Assembly (NCBI GenBank): GCA_951406725.2
Contig: OX597814.1
Location: forward strand, 73,470,001-73,534,000
Direction: 5' to 3'
Length of the DNA stretch: 64,000 nt
From: Octopus vulgaris
Lineage: Eukaryota
Shown: one piece after another, positions 12,088-26,752 of the stretch
Layout: every line of letters begins with the position of its first letter
How positions within the stretch are numbered: the stretch's first letter is position 1
Translations under genes and position numbers: made by a program
Notes under the pieces: generated by a model
Seen by the model: the letters and a program-made list of their open reading frames with translations, nothing else
Database searches by the model: none
What the model was told of the DNA's origin: nothing

Positions 12088-14190
12088 CACTGGTCTACAA
12101 AGTTTTTGGTGTTTAGGAAATAGATATCATTGCTATACAAAAACAGTCTTCTGAATCCAAATATAACCTTTTTGACTAATTTTCAAGTTATTGAACATCC
12201 CTATAGTCACTATGTATGGGTGTACGTCAAGTATGCAGTGCTCGTTTCCGTATTCTAATTCTAAGTTTTTCTTTTTCCATGCTTTTTAGATGTTTCAGTA
12301 AACTAAGCAATACAAAATGAGCAAGATGTCCTCTTCAAGTAAGTGTTGCGTTAATTCTCCAAATGTGTTTGTGAAGAATACACATTACCTGAAAATCGAA
12401 AAAACATCACTAATTTTGTTGAAAGAGCGTATATGGCATATTTTGGAGTCAAGTTGGGAGACCTAGTTAAATATTGGGCATCACATAGTGTCTGGAAACA
12501 ATGTACAGAACATTTGCGACAATGGACTAAAGGGACAAGGAGAAGTATGAGGTTTGCTATACCAATGGTATGGCGGGAGCCCTATAATCACGTGGATGAC
12601 TACTATTTTTGTAACCTAAATTTGAAGGGTTTTAACCAGAAAAATCGACAAACGTTTGTCTATCCTAATCTTGCCTCTGCTATTAGACCGGTTCCACACA
12701 ATGGAGAGCTTCCTGTTCCCGTCTTCAATGTTTTGCCTCAGATAACTTTACCATCAATCAAAGAAGAATCATCACCTGACGATGAAACTTGAGACCAAGA
12801 CTTTTCAGTTGAGACTTTACCTCAGCTATTCTCCCAGGTATTGCTGAATGATCTAGTTCGTGACTTGAAACTCCAAAAAAATTGTGCAGAACTGTTGGAT
12901 TCCAGACTGATAGAGAATAATCTTCTAGAGAATGGTGTCCATTTACCTTTTATCGGAGTCGCCGTGAAGAGTTCCTTTCTTTCTTCACAAAAGAGGAAAA
13001 TCTGATTTACTGCAGAAATGTCAGTGGACTTCTTAATAAACTTGGCTTTGAAGAATACAAACCAGGGGAATGGCGTCTTTTCATAGACAGCTCTAGGCGT
13101 AGTTTAAAATGTGTATTGTTGCACAACAGAAATGTCTATGGCTTTGTCCCACTCAGCCACTCAAAAACTCGGAAGGAAAAATATGAAGGAATTAAGCTGG
13201 TTTAAGAGAAGATACTGTATCATGACCATAAATAGGTCATCTGTGTTGACTTAAAGATGGTGAATTTTCTCATGGGACAGCAATCTGGTTTTACCAAATA
13301 CCTATGCTTTCTTTGCATGTGGGACAGTAGAGACCAAGAAAGCCACTATGTTAAGAAAGACTGGCTGCCTGGAACAAATATGGCTCCATGTAGAGCTGCC
13401 AATATATTGGAAGAACCTTTAGTTGAGTGAGATAAGATCCTTTTCCCACCTTTTCACATCAAACTTGGATTGATGAAACAATTTGTCAAAGCTCTTGATA
13501 AAAGTGGTGAGTGCTTCAAGTATGTCTGCAGTGTATTTCCAGACTTGACAATTGAAAAACTTAAAGCAGGGACTTTTGAAGGACCACAGATCCGTAAGCT
13601 CATGAAAGTAATGAGCGAAAATGAAGCATCAGCTCAGCTAGCCTTTGCAGAAGTAGTGCAAAATTTCCTTGGGAAACACAAAAGTGAAAACTATGAAGAC
13701 CATGTTGTTAGCAACTTGATATCAACTTTTCGTGATATTGGTGCGAATATGAGCATCAAAATGCATTATCTTTTTAGTCATCTTGATCGTTTTCCTGAAA
13801 ATCTCGGAGTTGTTAGCGATGAACAAGGCGAACGATTCCTGTTGTTCGACATTCATGGGCCACAAAGAAGCGTAAAATTATTCCTTGAATTTTATGCCAA
13901 AAGTCTTTGCCAATGTGCATTTTCAATTTTGAATTTTTAGTTGCACTGTGTTTTGTTTTGTGTTACTCTCTCTTTATTTGTACTTTGTTTTGTTTTGTGT
14001 TACACTCTCTTTATTAATTCATATTATATGTCTCTTGTATGAATAAAATACTTACTCTATCAGGCTAGTCAGAAAACTAGACCTGATAGAGAAAAACTGA
14101 AGTTATTTTTGAATTTAGTAGGCAAAATCACTTAAGAATTCGTTGAAATATTCCAGCTTTCAGACAAAAAAAAAAAAAAAAAAATTGTAT
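12088..14190 (+). mobile_element. TcMar-m44/HvSm-like DNA transposon (tentative class), near full-length, decayed
   Basis: TA-CACTG start; motifs PMVWREPYNHVDDYYFC, WRLFIDSSRRSLKCVLLH, ICVDLKMVNFLMGQQSGFTKY, HIKLGLMKQFVKAL, HLDRFPENLGVVSDEQGERF. Confidence 0.85.
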
Positions 14191-14821
14191 TAAACGCTAC
14201 AAAATGCAAACAAACACTGTATCACTAAAAGATCCCCTCAAACATTAAAAAAAATCTTTGAAAGACTCATTGTTGATGTCGCGAACTCACACATACTCTC
14301 AACCCCCCACAATTAACAAATTTTACTCAAAAATAAGAGTTGACTTTTGGAAAAAAATGTATGTGCCTTCAACTCTATTTCCTGATACTCACTTATACAC
14401 AAAGTAGTAAATACCTCTTTAACAAATCTCATGAAACATTCGCCACAAATATCAAGAGATGTACAGAGTTATAATGGGCAGTGAAACTGAAAATTGTTCA
14501 GTGTGTCTAGGCTGACATATTTTATGCCAACTAAACGAAAGCATAGTATATTGGCGGATAATATCAAATCATTTTTCAGAATTGTCATAGGTCAGTTATA
14601 AAATGTATATAAAATGTGTATAAAATGTATAAGATGATGGCAGGGAAAGTGCCATCTCATGCACTGTGTTATACTTATGGTCGTAATATGTCTTACGCGT
14701 TTGAAATTGATATCCGAGTAATATAGTTCACCGATGTAAGTAACAAACTTGCCAAATAAATTCCATATGGTCGCTCGACCTGCTGTAAACTGTAGTTAAA
14801 ACTCAGTGAAATTATACCTTA

Positions 14822-15407
14822 CTAGCGGGACCCGTGAATATTTCAAGAAATTAATGGTAAACCTACTGACTTATTTCTGAAAAATTTATCCAAAGCGTAG
14901 CCTGTATTGTGTCTGTATGGAAAGATAGACACCCATCTGCTACTCTTTGAAAAGTGAAAGAAATTGGAATACGATGATTACTTAATGCATTTTATATACA
15001 CACTTTATATACGTTATTCACAGGTAATATATAAAAACAATTTTAAAAATACACTTTCCACTATGCAATCACCACTCTTCCTCTCACCCTCCTCTCTCTC
15101 CCTCTCCCTTCTCTCTCCCTCTCTCTCTCCTCTCTGTCCTTTCTCTCCTCTTTCTCTATTTTTTTTAACCTCTCCATCAGAATATCACCCATCTGCTAAA
15201 ATTATATTTCTAATTCCCTCTATATCACTGTCTTCAACTAACTTTTTAACCAGGTAATAAATATAATCTTCCCTCTACCTCACGTCACGGATGCTTCTCT
15301 CCCTCATTTTCTCCCTCTCTCTTTTCTTTCTCCCTCTTTTTCTCTAAATCACGTGAAAGCGTTACGACGGGCTAAGTAACGCAATGACATGCAGAATTAT
15401 TATAAGA
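14822..15407 (-). mobile_element. Non-autonomous Helitron (586 bp)
   Basis: Minus strand reads A|TCttataataatt ... cacgggtcccgCTAG|T: TC start, CTAG end, AT target site, no TSD. Confidence 0.75.
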
Positions 15408-16289
15408 TATCTTAAAAAGGGGAGGACACAATGGGCAACATAGTCCTATATATACAAAGACATGAGTTGGTCAAAGCTGGAATACTTTTGATCATAGGTT
15501 AGCTCGATCAGATTGAGAACAATAGAATGTGAATGGTACTTGTGTTAGCAAGATGAAGGGAGTTGATGCGGTGCCACAAGATAGGAGTGGACAATGCTGA
15601 AAGTGGGGACGTGTAGGTCATCGATTAACAGGAAGAAAAGAATCGGGGAAAGAATAACAGAAGTTTGGAAGTATACAAGAGTAGATAGAGTGCGGATCAG
15701 TGAGATCCTCATCAGGGCGCACTATAATAGTACTGTCTGACATGAAGCTTCTACTCAAGGGGTGAGACATAAACGAAGTTCGGAGATTCTCCTGCCAGTT
15801 ATAGTAAAATGATTTATTAATGTCAAATGTAACGACACTGCTTTCGCCGAACTCAGAGCCAACTGATATTGGATAACTGGTCACCATCAGATCGGTTTGT
15901 GTAAAGAACGTGAAAAAGCAAACCTACGAAGTTGTTTTTGACCACCTCTTTAGCTGTTTGAGAGACGAGTAAAGAGTGAAGCACTTTTGTTGCTAGAAAT
16001 AGCATAAAAAATGGCGAAACTCCTAGTAATTTGCTCACTCAAAGTTCATTATAGTTAAAGAGACTAGTGGTATGTGGGTAATTGTAGTACATAGGCGTGT
16101 GGTGAGTAATCTTGACTGAGTGAAGATCAAAAGTGTCTGAAATATGTGTGTCGACAGATCAGAGACTGACATTGATTTTGTTTTGCGTGGGAATAAAATT
16201 GGAGATCAGCAGAAGGTTAGAATTAGTATTATGTGATATGTATGCCATTATCAGAGGCTTTAATGACCCAAATGAAATGAAATGATTGT

Positions 16290-16470
16290 TATTCTTTTCT
16301 ACTCTAGGTACAAGGCCCGAAATTTTGGAAGAAGGGGCCAACGATTAGATCGACCCCAGTACGCAACTGGTACTTAATTTATCAACCTCGATGAAATTTG
16401 AACTCAGAACGTAAAGACAGACGAAATTCTAAGCATTTCGCCCGGGGTGCTAACGTGTCTGTCAGGTCAT
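16290..16470 (-). mobile_element. tRNA-derived SINE, family B
   Basis: gatcgaccccagtacgcaactggtacttaattt...aatttgaactcag (B box on the minus strand). Confidence 0.85.
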
Positions 16471-16740
16471 GAAATGATTGTTATTAAGAACCTAACTCTG
16501 GATTGGGAACACTTGGCTCTCGGCTATATTACCTCTTTCTTCAGCGGTGCTTGGCTTTCCAGTGTATTACCTCTCATACAACCGTGTTAACCACAATCAG
16601 TAATAGTACGGATTTCAAATAATCAATGTTTGTATTATGAAAGAAAGCATTCTGAATAATTTAAAACTCTCTTCCCAAGTTTAGTACCTCCTCTACTCTA
16701 CCTTTCCCATATTTTCGTTATATAAAACAACGTCAGTGTC

Positions 16741-16799
16741 TACTACTACTACTACTACTACTACTGCTGCTGCTGCTACTCTCTCTCTCGCGCGCGTGT

Positions 16800-16856
<57 letters not shown>

Positions 16857-17200
16857 CCGAACAGTAATATTAATGATTTGCTACAAAAAAGTGTAAATTT
16901 ATAAACGATTAAATAAGATCGTGTGAAGTTATTGCATTTCTTTGGCTATCACCACTGCTTTAATCTCTACTGTCTTCCCCACAACTACTACAACGACTAC
17001 CTAAAGTAATCCTACAAATCGCTAATATTACTGACACCACTACTACTATCACGAAGATCATAATGACAGCTACAGTCACTATCCCCAACATCAACACCAC
17101 CACCACCACCACCACCACCACCACCACCACCACCACCACCACCACCACCACCACCACCACCACCACCACCACCAACACCACCACCACCAACAACAACAAC
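16741..17200. repeat. (TAC)n, (TGC)n, (TAG)n and (CAC)n microsatellite cluster
   Basis: Directly visible. Confidence 0.95.
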
Positions 17201-18069
17201 AGAATCTCACAAGTATCATCACCAACACTAGAATCAATATCAACTGTTAGAATCTTATTTAAAATACAAGCATGACTACTGCTACCAAGAAAACCTCCTC
17301 TACAAATACCATCACAACACGATGCATGCAAACGAAACACCTATAGCAATATTATCATTACCAGCACCACCCGAGACTATCAGCCTTTGTCAGAGCCACC
17401 ACCACCACCACTGCCGTCATCACCACCATCGCAGCCGTCATCACCACCACTTACAATAACCTTTTTTACAAAGTATCTTCTTCAGTTACCACCCATACCA
17501 TAATATTAACATTCTAACGCATCACCTGCATCATTCAGGCCACATTACTGATGTCCCATAAGGCAGCCCCATTAACATCATCATCACTCAAGCGTTGCAA
17601 ACATTACCACAAATTTGAAACCATAGTCACCAATTTCAGCTCGGAATGGGTGTTGTAGACATGACGGCTGATACAAATATGAGTTTTCTGAAAACTGTTG
17701 AATAGAATAACTTACGAAAGATGAAGAAGATAAAGAGACTGAAACACGTGATTTACAAAACGGTGGTGTGGACGACAAAAGTTTTAAGAAGCCTGTTTAT
17801 GCCTGAAGGATTGAATTAAGTATCTATACAGAGTTTAATCACCCGCTTGTTTAGAGAAACTCGTAGCAAAGAAGACTGCAAGATTAAAATAATAAAGTAC
17901 TATTTTACATAATTTTAGCACAATGATGTCAGCTTTTAGCTTTAATATGTACAAATATATGAGGTATTTTATATGTATCCATGTATATAATATTGTAAAC
18001 ATTTAATGTGTGGGTATAACACACACACACACACACACTCGCGCGCGCGCATATATGTATATATATAAA

Positions 18070-18143
<74 letters not shown>

Positions 18144-18154
18144 CATTTATCTAC

Positions 18155-18193
<39 letters not shown>

Positions 18194-18509
18194 CGTCTGT
18201 CTGTCTTTTTGTATGTCTATCTATCTATGTCTGTATGTAAATATCCCTCCCCACATAGGATACTCTGCGTTGCTCAGGCTGAAAAGTAGCTTTAAAAGGG
18301 CCAGAATTCTTCGTAAAGAAGGTAATATTCAACTCTATTTGATTTCTCAGGAAAAGTTATCTTTCATGTAAGAAATTAGGCTATTTTCAATATAGATACG
18401 CATTGAATATTAATAGTTTATTTCGCAATTTAATGAGTAGATGGCTTTTATGTTAGTCAAGCATATCAAATATCTTTTATTATAGAAATTTGTTAATTCT
18501 AAAATAATT

Positions 18510-19700
18510 TGAAAAATGAGTAGAAGCCAGAATGTTGGGAAGAAAACCATGTATTGAATTAACGTGTGGAAACCGGTGTGCCTAGAGGAAAACCACATAT
18601 TCAGTTAGTTGAACTGCAAGGTGTGCAGTGAAAGAGAAATACCATTAAGATTTCGACGAGCCCCAGCCTATATAATATTTTGCTTGTATCCATCATAGCC
18701 TGGGCATTTCTTAGCATTGTCACATTAGTACGCCAAGATACGCAATGTCATTGGTTAAAACCAATCATTGGTTAAAAATAATCATACTGGCTTTCAACAC
18801 TCGAGAATTCCAAATAAAATTAGTTATTAGCAATTCATTATTTTATATGATGTATTCCAGCGACTATCAATGTGATTCAATGACTGACATGGCATAGGTG
18901 TTTTGGAAATTGATCTTCTAAACTGAAGGCGCACGTGTTTTTGTATGAATGAAATTTGGATATAATTGAAGCTCTACTTTGGTAAGTTCATTGAAAATAG
19001 TATTATCGATGATATGGATCACACTTCTTTATCTAAGGTGAAGGCTGTGTGCCAGTATATGTGAAGGTTCTAAGGAATTTTAAAAGATACTGCAGGACTG
19101 TGTGCTATTTCTTTCTGATTCATAACAGCGCCTATCGATTTCTAGGTATGACTATTTCCTGGAAATGTCAGCTGATGCTGTAGAACCAAGCATTTTTGTT
19201 CACAGCCACTTGTGCATTAATTAATGCTGATGTAGGTTGGGAAAACCTTCCATATCAGTTCATGAGCACTATTATTATATGGGCTAGATCCATATCAACA
19301 TTCTATCAGCAGGAAATATCCCTTTCTAACTTATAACAAACTTTTAGAGATCAGTGAGCTGATCTCAAAAAAATGGACCGACAGCTAGTCTACAAAAAGA
19401 TTGACTTGCACAGCTATAGACAGTTTGAAAATTTTAGTTTTGGGTCATGACGATGCATTTCGGCTTTCATGCTGTACCTAATCAAAACTAGTAAAATAAA
19501 TTTCCAATGGTCTGCAGGAAATCTGAGTTCATTATAAATTTGTAAACATTATAAAATACCTATTTTAAAATTGCTAGATTCTTGACAGGAACAAAGCTTC
19601 TAAAACCGATGGAGTTTATTCGAAGGGATACTTTGATATAATGGAACATATGAGTTCAAGTTCCACAGTCATTAACTTTTTCTATCCAAAGGCCCAATAT
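18510..19700 (+). pseudogene. Highly decayed hAT transposase (BED finger to dimerization domain)
   Basis: Scattered motifs in hAT order: VWK..NCKVC, AFLSIV, YRFLGMTISW, FKIARFL..ASKTDGVYS. Confidence 0.45.
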
Positions 19701-19752
19701 TCTACATGCTACGTTTTGTAGCGTTATCTATTTCGTGTTCCACCCCTAAACG

Positions 19753-19860
<108 letters not shown>

Positions 19861-20449
19861 GTCTGTCTGCCTGTCTGCCTGTCTGCCTGCCTGCCTGCCT
19901 GTCCGTCTGTCTGTCTGCCTGTCTGTCTGCCTGTCTGTCTGTGTGTCTGTGTGTGTGTGAGTGTGTCTGTCTGTCTGTCTGAATGAGTGGACAAACGAAA
20001 GAAAGGGCACTCAACAGATTTATTGGGAGTTACATGTATTGTTCAAAACAGTCTGATTCGGATTCCGTGGTACTTCAATTTCGAAGTCCTCCTCAAGCCG
20101 TTAGAATCCGAATGAGCGGGGAAGTGCAAAAAACCCATAGTGGCTACTAATAGATGGGCTGCAATTGGTCAAGGAAGGTCACATGATGTCACAGTATTGC
20201 TAAGGAAGCGTTACTTGACTCATATATACACATATAATGTGTATACACACGCCCGTGCGCTCTCACGTACACATACATACGTAAACTCGAATATACACAG
20301 AATTATGTGTATAAATATTTCATTAACTGAATCGCACTATATCTGTGAAGGCTGTAGCTTTGCTTCGTACATTTTACCTCTTTACTATTGCTTCTATTTT
20401 TGGTTGTTAATTACTTTGATGGTTTTTATTTTATCTGAAATAGTGACCA

Positions 20450-20700
20450 AATAGACTCAGTGGACACTTGACCGCAAAAATATGTCTGGCAGAGTAATCA
20501 ATGTCTTACTGCATTGGTGAGGATGAAAATAATTAAAGGTGATTTTCCATCTGCTTCCACTCATTTAACAAGGCTTGCATTCTCGTGGGCTATTAGATGG
20601 TTACTACAAGGCTCATATGAGAAGAACCATTTTGCAAGTGAAGTCTTAATTTGATGTTTCACAATACTTTCAGAATTCATGCATCTATACTATGAAGGGG
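20450..20700 (+). pseudogene. Possible decayed piggyBac transposase C-terminal fragment
   Basis: KIIKGDFPSA..FNK..GLLDGYYKAHMR resembles the P..YN..MGGVD..D....Y region; weak match. Confidence 0.3.
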
Positions 20701-21143
20701 AAATATGCTTATTAACTGGCTTGAATTTCGTAACTTTTACTAAAAGAAAGCAATCAAAATCTACAGTGTCAAGAAAATTCTTATAAATTCGAATTTTAAT
20801 TTATTTTTATCAAACTTCTTTTATTTTAGAAGAGTTCAATTAATTGAGTGATACTGTTTTTAAACGCCTTACTTTATTCTCTCTCTCTCTTTCCCTCTCT
20901 TATTTGTTTACTACCTCTATTTCGATCAGTCTTTCACTTTCCTTATCTTTATCCTTACAACTTTTCCTCTCTTGCTGTTATTCTCACTAGCAATTTTTAA
21001 AGCCTAATGCCCTTCTCTCTCCATCTGTCTATCCATCTTTTCTTTGTTTACTGTCTCTTTTTTTATTAGTATTTCCTTTCTCTGTCCCTTTAAACTTTCC
21101 TCTCTTACTTTTATTTTCAACGTAGCGTTTTTAACGGCTTACT

Positions 21144-21206
<63 letters not shown>

Positions 21207-23199
21207 TATTTGTTTACTTTGTATCTTTATAACTTTTTCAAACACGCTTACAGCTTCAGCTTCTTGCCATGCTCTCTTCCCCCCACTCTCTCAACTGCCT
21301 CTTTTCAAATGTTTTCCTTAAAAATAAATGATTCCAATGTTTTTTTTTTTAGATACTTTGAGACTATTGTGTAAAAATTTTTACACTCTATCATAATGAA
21401 TTACATGCAGGTTTTTTCAAGTTTCATTTGGTTATACATAAATTTGTAAACTGTGCTTCTTTGAATAATGAAAGCCTTGGGTTATTTTCTGTGCCTACTG
21501 CAACTTTGCGTTTATCGTTAGCTAATATATTGATTTCGTTCAAATATCGATTATAATACCATAATACGCTATACATACTGCGCAATTTGTTTCCACATTA
21601 CATTTTCAATTCAACATACTAGCAGAAATACTGCCCTCCGGGTAGTTTTCTGCTTGTATAATATGATTATGCAAAGAAAATTTTGTTATAAAAGTAAACT
21701 TGTTACCACAGTTGTCCCCATACCTTTTCTTTCTTTATACCTGTTACTATGTATATAATGAATAGGTGTTAGTATTACAGGTTCTGATATAAGGACAATA
21801 TAGCCATTGTAAGTATATCTCTTTACATTATTTATGGCATTACTGTTTCTTTATCTGGTTATGTTTGATCACGTAAATTATAATAAATAAAAGTAAGATA
21901 CTGTAACTTGTAGGGTAGAAGACACATCACGTCTTCATGCAGTGATTCACAATGAGAGATAAAACTTTTTTCTCATTTTTTTTTTAATCTATGAAAGACT
22001 TTGGGTTAACGAAACACCAGTCAATTTTATAATACACCTTATATTTGAAGATTCTTTATTATGTTACCTATTGGAATACTAGATTAATATTTTTGCCAGT
22101 TATTAAAGTAGTATCAATATCGAGATAAGGATTGGTTCCTTTCAACCAGTAATTTAGGACTGCAATGACTATGGACAGTTGCGGAAAGTTGCTCAGTTAC
22201 TTACCTCGATCCTTAAAACTATATCTTGCGGGTATTATTGTTAGCCTCTTTATATCAACATACACATAAGCAAAGTCTTTTAAGTCAAATTGGAAAGGAA
22301 GTCAACTACAACTGAATTAATTAATTCAAAAACGTTGAAATGATATGCTTTTAAACGACCACTTTCTAAGATTGACTCATCATCGACTAATCAGTAAAGA
22401 TGGAGCTTGATTCTGTTTTAAAAGATTTAAAATATCGCATGAGCTGTCATAACAATCGAAATAGGAAGCAAATACTTCCTGTCGGCTTCAAATTCTGCGA
22501 AAAGCTTTTGAGTTTCTCCACCTCCTATTATAACTAAACGCACTATAAAACCTTGAAATTCTTTAAAAATTTCCAGGTAGACGATTAATGTTGCGTTTAG
22601 AAAATTAATCTTTTTAACATCATCCTTTGAAATTCACGGTTTTACTACAGATACACAGACAGATAGACAGACAGATAGATAGTTAAACCAACCAACTGAA
22701 GGTACATAAGCTCACGAATGTTAACCAGCATTATCAGTAGAAGTGCATATTGGTACCCGCTTGGATTATATGTCCCCATCGATCAAGAATACAATATATA
22801 CAATATATATACACACACACATTCCACACACTCACATATATTGTTGAATGTCGTTGACTACTCATTAGTTCTTCCGCCTTTTCACGGGACTTACTTTTCG
22901 TCTCGCAGGGTGTTCAACAATGACCCACTTCACCAAGCAAGCTTGGTGGGGATGCCAGCTTAGTCACCGATGACCCAACTATGTAGCAGGTTATAATGGA
23001 TTACATGTTACAGTAGCGCTCAAGAGCGACCTGACCTTTCTTCTTTTTTTTTAGAACTTTTAGGTTTTTATCTTGATGTATGTATATATTTGTATTTTTA
23101 TTTCATTTATATGTAAAACAAAATGGGGAAGGAAGAAAAGAAAATTATATTTTATATATTGTTGTGAGTGTTTATAGAAATAGATAGGGGATTGATGGA

Positions 23200-25230
23200 G
23201 CTCCTTTGTTTAACAAAGCCCTGGTGAAGGCAATCTATCTGGGAGAAGGTAACTCTGAATTCAAATCCTTTATTGCTGTCTTGTAGTTAGCATTTGATTG
23301 GGAAAAAACTGGGAGACGGACACTCTGATGTAAAACCTGCGACTGCAAATACACTCAATAATTTTGACTTGCGCTTCTTTTTTTATCATACTTTGTAGCT
23401 TAGAGAATGGAATTAGCTTTGCGCAAAACTTACTGCTGGAAGGGAAAAAGAAATTAACATCTTGTATGTAAATGGCTCGCCGAAGCCTAAAAAAAGCACA
23501 ATCAAATAATGAAAGTTGATACTGATATTGAAGTAAATGGCAAAAAGGACTCTGGAACATTTTGTTCTGTGGTCTGTCCCAGGGCACCATAGCCTGGGTT
23601 CGGTTGTCATTTTGCAACCGTGAGTAAATTCAGATTAAGGTGCAAGCCTATGAATATTGGATGTTGGAACATTCAAACCTTATTAAACAATGATCTGCAG
23701 AAATCTTGTCCGGAGAGATCTGCACTTGTTGCAAAAGAGTTACATTACAGCGATATGATATGGATGTTGTAGCATTAGCCACAGCAAGAATTCATGGAAA
23801 AAGGAATTTTGTTGAGAAATCTGCTGGGTATCATTTATTTTGGAGCGGTGGAGATGAGACCTATAAGAGAGAATCAGGAGTAGGATTTGCAATCAAAACC
23901 ACTCTGGTTTCGAAACTTGAGGAACTGCCATGTAGTCATTCTAATCGTTTGATGTCTTTAAGACTTCCATTAAGAAATGGTCATCATGCAACACTCATAA
24001 GTGCATATTCTCCAACTATGAATTCATTTGAAGATGATAAACTTGCCTCTTATCTGTCATTTACAGAGATTATATGCAGTATCCCCACTGATGATAAACT
24101 TGTTATTTTTGGTGATTTTAATGCAAGTGTTGGGAGACTTGGTGTGTTTTAGGAAGGCATGGGGTTGGGATTTCCAACAGTTATGGTTTACTGCTATTAC
24201 AAATATGTGTGTGGAGATGGATCTGTGTGTTATGAACACAATGTTTCAACTAAAAATAAGTATAAAACGACATGGATGCACCCTGGATCTAAGAAATTGC
24301 ACCTTATAGATTATATCTTCATTAGGAAACGTGATACCAGGGTCTTTGCTATTGTGCGAGTTATGCGTGGTGCAGAGTGCTGGAAGGACTATAGGCGTTT
24401 GCATGCTAAGGTGAATTTTGTCGTCAAGCCTAAGGTTAGAGCAAACAATGACAAGTTACCTAAACGGATCGATGTCAATAAGCTTAAAATACCGTCAGTA
24501 CACAGTGAGTTTGTGAATGAAATAAATAATTTGTTCTGTGATGGAAGTTGGAAGTCTATGAGGTTTGCAGTTACATTCTTAGTTTTGTGAAAAAGCACCA
24601 GGATTGGTTTGACGATAATGATGAAGTTGGTCTTATCTTAGAGGAGAAGCGAAAAGCATTCAACATGTTTCAAAATACTGACTTTTCAATGCGTACGGCA
24701 GTGGCTACACATTCCAAAGCAGAGTGATTGGAGTGATAGATGCTAACAATTCCAAGTTTTTTTTACTCTCTCTTGAAAAAGGTTTATGGCCCAACTTCAT
24801 CAACAGTCCCACTTCGTAGCAGGGATGGCACAGAATTATTAACAAATTCATAAGATATTGATGGGAGATGGGAAGAGGATTTTGATGAGTTGCTCAATAG
24901 ACTCACGGAAGTTGATCTCTCTGTTCTTGATAATATACCTGAAAGACCAACAAAACGTCTTTTAGCAGAAGTTCCAAACCTAGCGGAAATAAAAACGGCG
25001 ATCGGGAAATTGAACAATGGAAAGGCTCCTGGTATGGATGGATTAGGTGCAGAGATATACAAACACGGTGGTGAACAAGAGAAGTGCATCGAACAGGATA
25101 TGCACTTATATCAGGTTTTTATTGATCTGACAAAAACGTTCTGTAAACGCTATTTACAGAAGCGTTTGATTCTGTAGAAAGAGTTGCACTTTGGGAGATC
25201 CTCAAAAAGCCAGGTTTCCCTAAAACAGGA
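23200..25230 (+). mobile_element. RTE-clade LINE: 5' UTR, APE endonuclease and start of RT, decayed
   Basis: UTR ggagaaggtaactctgaattcaaa; motifs NIGCWNI, RESGVGFAI, ISAYSPTM, GDFNA, TWMHPGSKKLHLIDY, GKAPGMDG, FIDLTK. Confidence 0.9.
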
Positions 25231-25753
25231 AGATTGAGACTTCCTTGCATACGCTTCATGTAGCTGGAAACTAATTTGTCTTCTTCAAAACGAATCTACT
25301 GGCTTCTGAGTAAACAGAACGTTGCTATATTGTGAGGTTTTGAGAAATACTATGAAATAGTGTTTATGCCATTCCAAATGGTTTAACGACGTAAGTGAAG
25401 TAAAATAGCTACACAGATAACGAACGTCTCTATCCTACGGCCATCACTACGCAGCGGATGTAACAAACACGAGAATAATCTCGCTTGCGAAGGAAATACT
25501 ATTGTTGGTTTGTAGCCTTCGGTAATCAGTCGGACAAGATAATATATTTTGATGAATAGAGTCAACGCCGCTGGTATATTGACAGTTGATATGGTTTGGC
25601 TGGTGATGCTCCAATATGGAAAATTAGTAGATTTACTTTGTCAGACGCTGACGCCACAATTGTATCTTGTATAAAAGCAGGAGATAAGAAAAAAGGGAGA
25701 GAACGAAAGAGAGAGAGAGAGAGGGGGGGAGGGAGAGAGATAGATAGAGGGAT

Positions 25754-25821
<68 letters not shown>

Positions 25822-26288
25822 GGAGAGCATGGATGATAAAATATAATTTTCACCTTTCTGATGGAGCTGATTCCATCAGCTTTGGGCAACACGTCAAAAT
25901 CTATTCTTTCCTTCTTTCGTTTTTTTTATTCCCTTCTTCCATTCGTTCTGTCCTCCTATTTATTTGTTTGTTTACTTCTCTCTTTCTCTCTCTCTTTATT
26001 TGTCCCCTTGTTTCATTCTTTTTTCTTCCTTTCTTTTTCTTTCTCTTTTCCCTCTTTTCTTTCTTCCATTCTTTTTCTTGTTTTGCTCCTTCTGTTCAGT
26101 CTATTCAATCCTTTCTTACTTTTCTTATTTCATTCGTTCTTTCCTTACATATTTTCCACCATTCGTTAAATCCTTCATTTTGTCTTTCTCCTTTCCCCTT
26201 TCCTTTCCCCCTTCCGTTCTGTTCTCTTCTGGAAAATAGTACATAATACCATTTCTCTCTTTTACTTTTTCTCTCCGTATGTGTGTGT

Positions 26289-26326
<38 letters not shown>

Positions 26327-26544
26327 AAGCGCATACTTCTCTCTGTGTTTGTGTCTGTGTTTATGTTTATGGGTATAAGACCAGTCTGTCGATTCCATCC
26401 ATTTACGCCGGAAATGTTCGTTACTGGTTCAACAGAAAAAGATAAAATAAGTACTAGACTGAAATAACTAATGGGCTCAATATAATAAGCTAAAACCCTT
26501 CAAGCTTGGATACAGTTCAATGTCTCAAACCAATACACAATGTA

Positions 26545-26552
26545 TACATGCA

Positions 26553-26586
<34 letters not shown>

Positions 26587-26752
26587 CATACATACATAAA
26601 TACATACATAAATACATACATACATACATACATACATACATACATACATACATACATACATAAATACATACATAAATACATACATACATACATACATACA
26701 TACATACATACATACATACATACATACATACATACATACATACATACATACA
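26545..26752. repeat. (CATA)n microsatellite
   Basis: Directly visible. Confidence 0.98.

Noticed and set aside
16960-17460. Thr-rich, mucin-like ORF
   Set aside because: Explained by (CAC)n/(TAC)n repeats; no splice or domain support.
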